The position numbers and the translations under genes are program-made. A model generated the notes under the pieces. It saw only the letters and a program-made list of their open reading frames with translations, ran no database searches and was not told where the DNA came from. This document shows, piece by piece, positions 45,213-56,017 of a DNA stretch of 64,000 bases. Source of the DNA: Gemmatimonadota bacterium (lineage in GTDB: Bacteria > Gemmatimonadota > Gemmatimonadetes > Gemmatimonadales > Gemmatimonadaceae); the NCBI GenBank assembly GCA_040389905.1, contig JAZJZK010000052.1, positions 1-64,000 on the forward strand, given 5' to 3'. Every line of letters starts with the position of its first letter. Position 1 is the stretch's first letter.

Positions 45213-46217
45213 TCATTCACGCGCTCCGCGCCGCCGTTCGGGAAAATGCGTATCGAGGAAACGAATCAGCGCGTGCTCCTCTGGAGAATGCGCATACGCA
45301 TCCGGCCGCGGCGCTCGGCGCGCCGACAGCCGTATCGTCTCCCCCTCATCCACATAGCGCGCAATGACCAGCGGGTGGACGTACGACTTACGACAAATGG
45401 CCGGCGTGTTGCCAAGCTCCGACGCCACGAGTCGCATCGCGGTCGCGACATTGCGCCGCGCCTCGGTGTCCGACGCGGCGGCCCCCAGCTCGGCCAGCAC
45501 CGTCGCAGCCCGCAGCGTGCCACCCCAGGTCCTGAAATCCTTCGCGCTGTACGCCACACCGAGCGTATCGTGGAGATACGCGTTCACGTCCCGAGCGCTC
45601 AGATCGCGCCAACGGTTCCCGTCCTTGTAACGGAAGAGCCGCGCGCCCGGCGAACGGAGTTGACGCGCCACCAGACGGGCGAGCTCCCTGTTCGCCACGA
45701 ACTGGCGCTGCTTGATCGAACGTTTGCCCACGTAGGTGAACACCGCTCGGCCATGTGCCACCTCCACGTGGCGTTTCCGAAGCGTTGCGATGCCGAACGT
45801 CTTGTTCTCCTCCGCGTATTTTTCACCTCCAATCCGAAAGAAGCTCTCGCTGATGAGGCGCACCACCGCGGCGGCGACTGCACGCTTCGACGGCGTATTT
45901 GACGACGCATGCGCACGTATTCGCTTGCGAAGACTCGGGAGCTCCTTTGCGAGTTCACGGACGCGGTAGTACTTCCGCAGCTGTCCCTGCTCGATCGCGC
46001 GTGGGTGATACCGGTACTGCTTTCGCCCTTTGACATCGATGCCCCATGCCTGAATCTCGGCGCGCGCACTTTGCGCGATATGGACATCGCTCCAGCCTGG
46101 CGGCACGACGAGCGACGTGATGCGTGCGAGAGTTCGCGCGTCGCGCACCGGGCGGCCGGATGCCGTGGCGTAGTGAAAGTTCTTGTTGCTGCCGAGCCGG
46201 GTGATCCATTGCGTCAT
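45213..46217 (-). CDS. DNA topoisomerase IB (bacterial, poxvirus-like)
   Basis: PPGW.DV.I, G.D.KGRKQYRYH, FRIG, AKDFRTWGGT, LGNTPAICRKSYVHP. Start at ATG 46217. Confidence 0.93.
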   Translation of the reverse strand: MTQWITRLGSNKNFHYATASGRPVRDARTLARITSLVVPPGWSDVHIAQSARAEIQAWGIDVKGRKQYRYHPRAIEQGQLRKYYRVRELAKELPSLRKRIRAHASSNTPSKRAVAAAVVRLISESFFRIGGEKYAEENKTFGIATLRKRHVEVAHGRAVFTYVGKRSIKQRQFVANRELARLVARQLRSPGARLFRYKDGNRWRDLSARDVNAYLHDTLGVAYSAKDFRTWGGTLRAATVLAELGAAASDTEARRNVATAMRLVASELGNTPAICRKSYVHPLVIARYVDEGETIRLSARRAPRPDAYAHSPEEHALIRFLDTHFPERRRGARE

Positions 46218-46265
46218 GTGGCGAACTGGGGGGCAAGTTGGAGGCCGAAGCAGTAGATTCCGCGA

Positions 46266-47045
46266 ATGTCCTACGAGCTTCTTGCCTTCGACATCGCGGA
46301 CCGGATCGCCACGATCACGGTCAACCGTCCGGACAAACTCAACGCGCTGAACGACGCGCTCATGCTCGAGCTCGGACGAGCCGTCATGGAGGCACGTCGC
46401 GACCCTGCGGTCGGTGCCATCCTCCTCACGGGTGCGGGCCGGGCATTCGTTGCCGGCGCGGACATTGGCGAACTGGTGGACCAAAGTGCGACTGCCGGAA
46501 AAGCGCGCGCCGAGCGTGGCCAGCGAACGTTCCGGCTGTTCGAAACCTCGCCGAAGCCGACGCTCGCGGCGGTGAACGGCTTCGCGCTCGGCGGGGGCTG
46601 CGAGCTCGCGATGGCGTGCCACATCCGCATCGCGAGCGAGAAGGCGAAGTTCGGCCAACCCGAAGTGAAGCTCGGCATCGTGCCGGGATATGGTGGGACG
46701 CAGCGCCTTCCGCGTCTGGTCGGCAAAGGCCGCGCACTCCAGCTCCTGCTCACGGGAGAGATGATCGACGCGGCGGAGGCTTATCGCATCGGGCTGGTGA
46801 ATCGAGTCGTCGCGCCCGAGGAGCTCATCACCGCGTCGCGCACCCTGCTCGCGACGATGCTCGAACAGGGTCCCCTCGCCATCGCGCATTGCATCGAGGC
46901 CGTCGATCGTGGTCTCGACATGGGGCTCGATGATGCCATTGCCCTCGAGGCATCGCATTTCGGGTTGCTGTCGGCCACCGAGGACAAGGCCGAGGGGATG
47001 CGCGCATTTCTCGAGAAGAGAGCGGCCGTCTTCAAGGGCAAGTGA
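46266..47045 (+). CDS. enoyl-CoA hydratase/isomerase
   Basis: NRPDKLNAL, AFVAGADI, VNGFALGGGCELAMAC, FGQPEVKLG. Confidence 0.93.
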   Translation: MSYELLAFDIADRIATITVNRPDKLNALNDALMLELGRAVMEARRDPAVGAILLTGAGRAFVAGADIGELVDQSATAGKARAERGQRTFRLFETSPKPTLAAVNGFALGGGCELAMACHIRIASEKAKFGQPEVKLGIVPGYGGTQRLPRLVGKGRALQLLLTGEMIDAAEAYRIGLVNRVVAPEELITASRTLLATMLEQGPLAIAHCIEAVDRGLDMGLDDAIALEASHFGLLSATEDKAEGMRAFLEKRAAVFKGK

Positions 47046-48190
47046 CATTCGCCGACAGCGCGGAGCGCGTCGAGCTTCGCTCGCTGGCACTACGTGATTT
47101 TCGCAACCTGTCGAATGTCGAGTTGCACTTTCCTCCGCTCGGCGTGGTCGTTGTCGGCGACAACGGACAGGGGAAGTCGAATCTGCTGGAGGCGATCTAC
47201 TACTTACACCTGCTGCGATCGGTGCGCGGCGCGCGTGATGCGGACGTCGTTGCGTTTGGGGCGCAGGGCTTTCACATCTCCGCGCACGCACAGGGCGGCG
47301 TCTATCGCGAACTCACTGCCGCGTTCGTGAAGCAGGGCAAGCGCAAGCGCGTCAAGCTCGACGGCTCCGAACCGGCGCGCCTCAGCGATGCACTTGGCGC
47401 GCTTCCGTGTGTTCTCTTCTCTCCCGCGGATCTCGAACTGATCGCCGGCGCGCCGAACATGCGGCGGCGATACCTGGATATTCTGCTGGCGCTTTCGTCT
47501 CGCCGGTACCTGCATGCACTCCAGCGCTATCGCCATGCACTGGCGCAGCGCAACGCTGCGCTCCGCGATGCGTTCAAGGGGCCGCACGGACAGGCCGAGC
47601 AGCGCGTGTCGGTGTGGGAAGCGCCGCTTGCAGAACACGGCGCGATTCTCTGGCTGGATCGCGTCAGCTGGGCGGAGCGAGCGGCGTCGCGCTTTGCCGA
47701 TGTGTGTGCGGCGATCGGTGAACGGGCTCCGGTCACATTGCGGTACGCGTCATCGCTCGAACCCTCTTCGCGCGAATTGCCGGATGTCACCATGGCACTC
47801 GCGCGCGGTCTCGAGCAGCGACGCGCGCTGGATATCCGCCGCAGCCTGACACACACGGGACCACATCGAGACGACATGCTCATCACGCTGGCGGGGCGCG
47901 AATTGCGGGCGTTCGGGTCGGCGGGGCAACAGCGAACCGCGGCGATCGCCCTTCGCTTGCTGGAGGGAGAAACACTTCGCGAACAAATCCGGGTCGCTCC
48001 GATGTTGCTCCTGGACGATCCATTCGCGGAGCTCGACGTGAATCGCTCATCGCGGATTCTGGAGTTGCTGGCGGAGCAGTCGATGGGCCAGACGATTCTG
48101 ACGGTGCCGCGCGAAAGTGATATCCCGCCTGCACTCACGCAGTTGGCGCGTTGGCACATTTCGGCAGGCGTGATCACGGAGGGCGCATGA
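47042..48190 (+). CDS. recF: DNA replication/repair protein RecF
   Basis: DFRN, GDNGQGKSNLLEAI, RRRYLD, GPHRDD, GSAGQQRT, LLLDD..AELD. Confidence 0.95.
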   Translation: MTFADSAERVELRSLALRDFRNLSNVELHFPPLGVVVVGDNGQGKSNLLEAIYYLHLLRSVRGARDADVVAFGAQGFHISAHAQGGVYRELTAAFVKQGKRKRVKLDGSEPARLSDALGALPCVLFSPADLELIAGAPNMRRRYLDILLALSSRRYLHALQRYRHALAQRNAALRDAFKGPHGQAEQRVSVWEAPLAEHGAILWLDRVSWAERAASRFADVCAAIGERAPVTLRYASSLEPSSRELPDVTMALARGLEQRRALDIRRSLTHTGPHRDDMLITLAGRELRAFGSAGQQRTAAIALRLLEGETLREQIRVAPMLLLDDPFAELDVNRSSRILELLAEQSMGQTILTVPRESDIPPALTQLARWHISAGVITEGA

Positions 48191-48498
48191 GTCCAGCGAA
48201 GAAGAAACCATCGTCGCTCGGTGATGTGCTCGAAGGTGTCCTTCAGAAGGCCGGCATCGCGCGGCGCGTGGAGCAGGCGGGAATCATTCCTGAATGGAGC
48301 GCGATCGTCGGGCCACAGATCGCCGCCGTGACGGAACCGCAGTCGATCTCGATGGACGGCACGCTCTTCGTGCACGTGACGACCAATGCGTGGATGATGG
48401 AGTTGTCGCTGATGGAGCCGGAACTGCTGCGCGCGGTGAACGCGAAGCCGGATCGGATGGACGTGAAGAAGATTCGGTGGTTGATCAAGAGAGGATAA
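48187..48498 (+). CDS. DUF721 / DciA family protein
   Basis: W..IVG..IA..T.P....G.L.V.....W..EL; typical position between recF and gyrB. Confidence 0.85.
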   Translation: MSPAKKKPSSLGDVLEGVLQKAGIARRVEQAGIIPEWSAIVGPQIAAVTEPQSISMDGTLFVHVTTNAWMMELSLMEPELLRAVNAKPDRMDVKKIRWLIKRG

Positions 48499-48560
48499 GC
48501 ATCGCCACCGACGCCGTGGCCGTTTCAGAGTTGTGCGCATTCAAGCAGTGCCTCGGATTT

Positions 48561-48586
48561 AGGAGCGGATCGAACGATCCGTTCCT
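48561..48586. repeat. hairpin built from family C half-sites
   Basis: AGGAGCGGATCG-AA-CGATCCGTTCCT. Confidence 0.6.
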
Positions 48587-48661
48587 CAATCGAGAACGAC
48601 ATTTTCAACTTATTGTGGCGACTTCACCCGAGGCCATTCTGCCGGAATTATCGTAGCGTCA

Positions 48662-50740
<2,079 letters not shown>

Positions 50741-50763
50741 CGCCGAACGTTTAGACCGTGTTT

Positions 50764-50799
50764 CATGGGGGCGAGCTCACACACGAGCTCGCCCCCATG
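50764..50799. terminator. hairpin terminator after gyrB
   Basis: CATGGGGGCGAGCTC-ACACAC-GAGCTCGCCCCCATG, a perfect 15-bp stem. Confidence 0.72.
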
Positions 50800-50975
50800 C
50801 GTTTGCATCCACAAAGGCTTGAGCGAAAGCGCGCATTTGGGCTTCATCTTGCACATGGCAGTGTCCGGTTGTGGCTGCCACGCAGTGTATGCGCTTTCAA
50901 GCCACGCGTCGCTGTCCGCTCCTGCCAACGACGCTCGAGCGCGAAGTTCATTGTACAGACTGTGGGTAAGAACAG

Positions 50976-53906
50976 ATGCGTGCCGCCGAAGGCCGTACTC
51001 CCGCACCGCCCGAGGGAATCCGGGACATCCGACACAGGGAAGCACTCTTGAAGACGGGCGCGCTTCATCGCGCGATTTTCAACAGTGCGAATTTCTCCAG
51101 CATCGCCACAGACGCGAAAGGCGTCATCCAGATCTTCAACGTCGGCGCTGAGCGGATGCTGGGTTACACCGCCGCCGACGTCGTCGACACGATCACGCCC
51201 GCTGACATTTCCGACCCGAAGGAATTGATCGCTCGCGCCGAGGTGCTGAGTGCGGAGGCCGGTGTCTCGATTCTGCCGGGCTTCGAAGCCCTCGTGTTCA
51301 AGGCCTCGCGCGGCATCGAGGACATCTACGAACTCACGTACATCCGCCTCGACGGCAGCAGGCTCCCCGCCGTCGTATCCGTGACCGCGTTGCGCGACGC
51401 CGATGATGGAATCATCGGCTACCTGCTCATCGGGACCGACAATACGGCACGCAAACGGGCGGAAGAGGCATTGCTCGAGGCCGGCGCGCTCCAGAGCGCG
51501 ATCTTCAACAGCGCCAACTTCTCGAGCATCGCCACCGACGCCAAGGGCGTCATCCAGATCTTCAACGTCGGAGCCGAACGCATGCTCGGCTACGCGGCGG
51601 TGGACGTCGTCAACAGGATCACGCCAGCAGACATCTCCGACCCACAGGAATTGATTCACCGGGCGGCGGCCCTGAGCTCCGAAGCCGGGACACCGATCAC
51701 ACCGGGATTCGAGGCGCTCGTGTTCAAGGCCTCGCGAGGCATCGAGGACATTTACGAACTGACGTACGTGCGCAAGGACGGCAGTCGTTTTCCCGCCGTC
51801 GTCTCTGTGACAGCCCTGCGCGACGCCAGGGGAGCGATCATCGGATACCTGCTCATCGGGACCGATAACACGGCGCGCAAGCAGATCGAGGAGGAGCGAC
51901 AGAAGCTCGACCAGCGGCTGCGTGATCAACATTTCTATACCCGATCATTGATCGAGTCGAACATCGATGCACTGATGACGACCGATCCACGGGGCATCAT
52001 CACGGACGTCAACAAGCAGACGGAGGCACTGACCGGCTGTACGCGCGATGAACTCATCGGCGCGCCGTTCAAGGACTACTTCACCGACTCGTTGCGCGCA
52101 GAAGCCGGCATCAATCGCGTCCTGAATGAAGGCAAGGTCACGAACTACGAGCTCACGGCCCGCGCGCGCGATGGCACGCTGACCGTCGTCTCCTACAACG
52201 CGACCACCTTTCACGACCGGGACCGCAGGCTTCAGGGCGTGTTCGCCGCGGCGCGCGACATGACGGAGCTCAAGCGCATCGAACGGGCGCTCCAGCGAAA
52301 GAACATCGAGCTCGAAGACGCGAGTCGCATGAAGTCGGAATTCCTCGCGAACATGTCGCACGAGCTTCGGACACCGTTGAATGCGATCATCGGTTTCTCC
52401 GAAGTGCTCCGCGATGGACTCATGGGCGAGATGAGCGATCAGCAGCGCGGCTTCATCAGCGACATCTTCAGCTCCGGCACGCATCTGCTGTCATTGATCA
52501 ACGATATTCTCGACCTGACGAAGGTCGAAGCCGGCAAGATGGTGCTCGATCTCGAGCCTGTGCATATGTCGTCGCTGCTGACGAACAGCTTCTCGATCAT
52601 CCGCGAGAAGGCCGCAGCGCGGCACATTCGCCTGACGCTCGATGCCCCCGACGACACCGGTACGATCATCGCCGATGCGCGCAAGGTCAAGCAGATCGTC
52701 TACAATCTGCTCTCCAACGCCGTGAAGTTCTCGTCGGAAGGCGGACACGTTGTGCTCCGCGCGCGACACGTCTCCCGCGACGCGGTGGGCAGACACGACG
52801 GCACCTGGCGGCACCGCACTGTTGCGTTGCGCGAAAGTCAGTTCGACGATTTCCTCGAGATCAGCGTCACCGATGGAGGAATCGGCATTTCACCAGACGG
52901 GCTGGAACAGCTGTTCACGCCGTTCACGCAGATCGACGCGGGACTCGCGCGCCGGTTCGAGGGTACCGGTCTCGGTCTCGCCATGGTCAAGCTGCTGGCG
53001 GAACTGCACGACGGCACGGTCGCGGTCGCGAGCGCCCCCAGCGCGGGATCGCGCTTTACCGTCTGGCTGCCATTGCGCTCGACGGTGGCGACGCATGGGG
53101 CGTTCGAACCTGAGCCGGACGTGCCGCTCGTCCAGGCCGTGAGCGGGGAGCGCGTCGCGCTGGTGGTCGAGGACGACCTCAAGTCGGCCGAACTCGTGCG
53201 CGTTCAATTGGAGGCGGAAGGGTTCACCGTCGTCCACGCATCCTCCGCTGAAGTGGCACTCAGGCTCGCGGTCGACCGGCCGCCCTCGTTGATCACACTG
53301 GATATCATGTTGCCGATGATGGACGGCTGGGAGTTTCTCGGCCGCATCAAGAACGTGGAGTCACTGCGGCACATCCCCGTCGTCATCATTTCGATCGTTG
53401 CGGATCGAAGCCAGGGCTTTGCGTTAGGCGCGGCCGCGGTGATGCAGAAGCCGATCTCTCGCCGCGAGCTCTACGACTCGCTGGCGGATCTGGGGCTGCT
53501 GCCGCTCGCCCCGGGTCGCATCCTGCGCGTACTCGTCGTCGACGACGACCCGAAGGCCGTCGACCTGATGGCCGTTCGCATCACGAGCCTGAATGGCACG
53601 GTACTACGGGCCTATGGCGGACGTCAGGCAATCGACATGGCCGGCCGCGAACTGCCGGACCTCATCGTGCTCGATCTGATGATGCCCGACGTCAATGGCT
53701 TCGATGTGGTTGAAGCACTCAGCGTGCGCCCCGACACGTGCACCATTCCGATCATCGTGGTCACCGCGAAGCATATCACGACCGATGACCGCCAGCGGTT
53801 GAACGGCAGCGTGAGCACCATTCTCGAGAAGGGCGAATTCGACGGAGATCGTTTCTCGTCGGAAGTGCGTCGCGCGATGTCGGGCCGGCGTGGTCAGACC
53901 GCATGA
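50976..53906 (+). CDS. cytoplasmic hybrid histidine kinase: 3 PAS, HisKA, HATPase, 2 REC
   Basis: Two 142-aa PAS repeats plus a third PAS; FLANMSHELRTPLN, NLLSNAVKF, GTGLGL; two receiver domains (TLDIMLP, VLDLMMP). Confidence 0.93.
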   Translation: MRAAEGRTPAPPEGIRDIRHREALLKTGALHRAIFNSANFSSIATDAKGVIQIFNVGAERMLGYTAADVVDTITPADISDPKELIARAEVLSAEAGVSILPGFEALVFKASRGIEDIYELTYIRLDGSRLPAVVSVTALRDADDGIIGYLLIGTDNTARKRAEEALLEAGALQSAIFNSANFSSIATDAKGVIQIFNVGAERMLGYAAVDVVNRITPADISDPQELIHRAAALSSEAGTPITPGFEALVFKASRGIEDIYELTYVRKDGSRFPAVVSVTALRDARGAIIGYLLIGTDNTARKQIEEERQKLDQRLRDQHFYTRSLIESNIDALMTTDPRGIITDVNKQTEALTGCTRDELIGAPFKDYFTDSLRAEAGINRVLNEGKVTNYELTARARDGTLTVVSYNATTFHDRDRRLQGVFAAARDMTELKRIERALQRKNIELEDASRMKSEFLANMSHELRTPLNAIIGFSEVLRDGLMGEMSDQQRGFISDIFSSGTHLLSLINDILDLTKVEAGKMVLDLEPVHMSSLLTNSFSIIREKAAARHIRLTLDAPDDTGTIIADARKVKQIVYNLLSNAVKFSSEGGHVVLRARHVSRDAVGRHDGTWRHRTVALRESQFDDFLEISVTDGGIGISPDGLEQLFTPFTQIDAGLARRFEGTGLGLAMVKLLAELHDGTVAVASAPSAGSRFTVWLPLRSTVATHGAFEPEPDVPLVQAVSGERVALVVEDDLKSAELVRVQLEAEGFTVVHASSAEVALRLAVDRPPSLITLDIMLPMMDGWEFLGRIKNVESLRHIPVVIISIVADRSQGFALGAAAVMQKPISRRELYDSLADLGLLPLAPGRILRVLVVDDDPKAVDLMAVRITSLNGTVLRAYGGRQAIDMAGRELPDLIVLDLMMPDVNGFDVVEALSVRPDTCTIPIIVVTAKHITTDDRQRLNGSVSTILEKGEFDGDRFSSEVRRAMSGRRGQTA

Positions 53907-53934
53907 CACTGGCGGTGAGAATCCGGGTGACGAC

Positions 53935-56004
53935 ATGACGCCGAGTCCCGCGTGGTCGCCTGACGTCAGCAGCCGCCCCTCGCGAGTGTTGATCGTCGAC
54001 GACGAGCGCCACAATCGCCAGTTGCTGGAGGTCATGCTTCGGCCGGAGGGGTTCTTCATCGAAGTGGCGACGAGTGGCGAGGAGGCACTCGCGATGGTCG
54101 CCCACGAGCCGCCCGACCTGATCCTGCTCGACATCATGATGCCAGGCATGGATGGGTATCAGGTGGCGACCGCCATCAAGTCGAACCCCATCACGCGGAA
54201 TATTCCGGTCATCATCGTCACGGCGCTCGATGATCGCGATTCCCGCATGCGTGGGCTGAGTGCCGGTGCAGAGGATTTCCTCACGAAGCCGGTCAATCGG
54301 TCGGAGTTGTGCGTGCGCGTCAGGAATCTGCTGCGTCTCAAGGCGTACGGGGACTATCACGACAAATACAGCCAGATTCTCGAGGGCGAAGTCGACCTGC
54401 GCACCGCCGATCTCGTCGAGAGCGAGCGTCTTTACCGCTCCACCTTTGACGCGGCTCCGGTCGGCGTGGTTCACATGGGGTTGGACGGTCGTTGGCTGCG
54501 AGTCAATCAACGGGTCTGTGACCTGCTCGGCTACACGCGGGACGAATTGGAGAACTCACGCATCAGCGAACTGGCCGATGAACAGTACGTCGCCATCGAG
54601 GCCAACCTGATCGCTCGGATGATGTCGGGAGGGGCGGACCATCATGTCGTCGACGAGATGCGCTTCAGACGCCGGAACGGCGGTTTCGTCTGGGCCCGCG
54701 TCAACGTGTCCGTGCATCGCGACGCGGAGGGTACGCCGCGGCACTTCATCTCCGTGATCGAGGACATCACGGAGCGTCGCGTGCTGGAGGAGCAGGTGCG
54801 GCAGGCCGGCAAGATGGACGCAATCGGGCAGCTGGCCGCGGGCGTCGCCCATGACTTCAACAATCTGCTGACGGTGATCCTCGGATTCACCGAGCTGGTG
54901 TCGGGCGATGCCAACACGGTCGAGCGACACGGCAAGGAACTGCACGAGATCATTCGTGCGGCCCGCAGCGCCGCCGGGCTCACGAAGCAGTTGCTCGCGT
55001 TCAGCCGCCAGCAGGTGCTCACTACGAGGCCCATCGACGTCAACGGCCTGATCACGGACATGACGGGAATGCTCGCTCGGTTGATCGGTGAACACGTCGA
55101 CATCTCGCTTCGACTCACACCGGATATCGATTTTGCGCTGGCCGATCGGGGTCAACTGGAGCAGGTCGTGATGAACCTCGTCGTCAACGCGCGTGACGCC
55201 ATGCCATCAGGCGGGCACGTGTTCATCGAGACGAGGAACATCGAGCTCGAGAACTCGGCGTTTCATGATGAGGCGATCGTACCGGGTGCGTATGTGATGC
55301 TTGGCATCACCGACAGCGGCACCGGGATGACGAAGGAGACGCAGCGACGGCTGTTCGAGCCATTCTTCACGACCAAGGAGACCGGCAAGGGAACTGGCCT
55401 GGGACTCTCCACCACGTATGGGATCGTCAAGCAAAGCAAGGGCTACGTGTGGGTGTACAGCGAGCTGAATGTGGGAACGACATTCAAGGTCTACCTGCCG
55501 AGATCGTCGACGCGCGTGTTCGCGACACCGGTGATTCCGACCGACATGATACTGGCGACCACGGTATCCGAGACGGTGCTGCTCGTCGAGGATGAACCGG
55601 CCCTGCTGAAGCTCGCCACGAGAATCCTGGAGAATGCCGGCTATCACGTCTTCAGCGCGAGGAACGGCAATGATGCGGAAAAGATGTATCACCAGCATGC
55701 CGATGCGATCCAACTCCTCGTGACCGACGTCATGATGCCGGCGTGTGGAGGCCCCGAGCTGTTCGCCAGACTACGGGCGGCCGTCCCGGAGTTGCCCGTG
55801 CTCTTCATGTCGGGCTACAGCGAACAATCCGCACGCCATCCCACTGGCGCGGAGGAGTTGGCCTCGTTCATCCAGAAACCGTTCACCGGTGCGGAACTGG
55901 CGCGAGAAGTCCGGCGCTCACTCGACCGGAATGGGCGCCGGCACGCGAAGCCCGCCAGTGCCGACGCCACGGCATCCACGCGGTTGGATACAATCTTGCC
56001 TTAA
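53935..56004 (+). CDS. hybrid histidine kinase REC-PAS-HisKA-HATPase-REC
   Basis: LLDIMMP, PAS, AGVAHDFNNLL, NLVVNARDAM, FEPFFTTK..GKGTGLGL, VTDVMMP. Confidence 0.93.
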   Translation: MTPSPAWSPDVSSRPSRVLIVDDERHNRQLLEVMLRPEGFFIEVATSGEEALAMVAHEPPDLILLDIMMPGMDGYQVATAIKSNPITRNIPVIIVTALDDRDSRMRGLSAGAEDFLTKPVNRSELCVRVRNLLRLKAYGDYHDKYSQILEGEVDLRTADLVESERLYRSTFDAAPVGVVHMGLDGRWLRVNQRVCDLLGYTRDELENSRISELADEQYVAIEANLIARMMSGGADHHVVDEMRFRRRNGGFVWARVNVSVHRDAEGTPRHFISVIEDITERRVLEEQVRQAGKMDAIGQLAAGVAHDFNNLLTVILGFTELVSGDANTVERHGKELHEIIRAARSAAGLTKQLLAFSRQQVLTTRPIDVNGLITDMTGMLARLIGEHVDISLRLTPDIDFALADRGQLEQVVMNLVVNARDAMPSGGHVFIETRNIELENSAFHDEAIVPGAYVMLGITDSGTGMTKETQRRLFEPFFTTKETGKGTGLGLSTTYGIVKQSKGYVWVYSELNVGTTFKVYLPRSSTRVFATPVIPTDMILATTVSETVLLVEDEPALLKLATRILENAGYHVFSARNGNDAEKMYHQHADAIQLLVTDVMMPACGGPELFARLRAAVPELPVLFMSGYSEQSARHPTGAEELASFIQKPFTGAELAREVRRSLDRNGRRHAKPASADATASTRLDTILP

Positions 56005-56017
56005 AGGGTGGAGCCCC

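Noticed and set aside
46218..47291. N-terminal 358 aa of the 692-aa ORF, suggesting a TopIB fusion
   Set aside because: It is antisense to the enoyl-CoA hydratase and recF; TopIB homology starts at ATG 46217.
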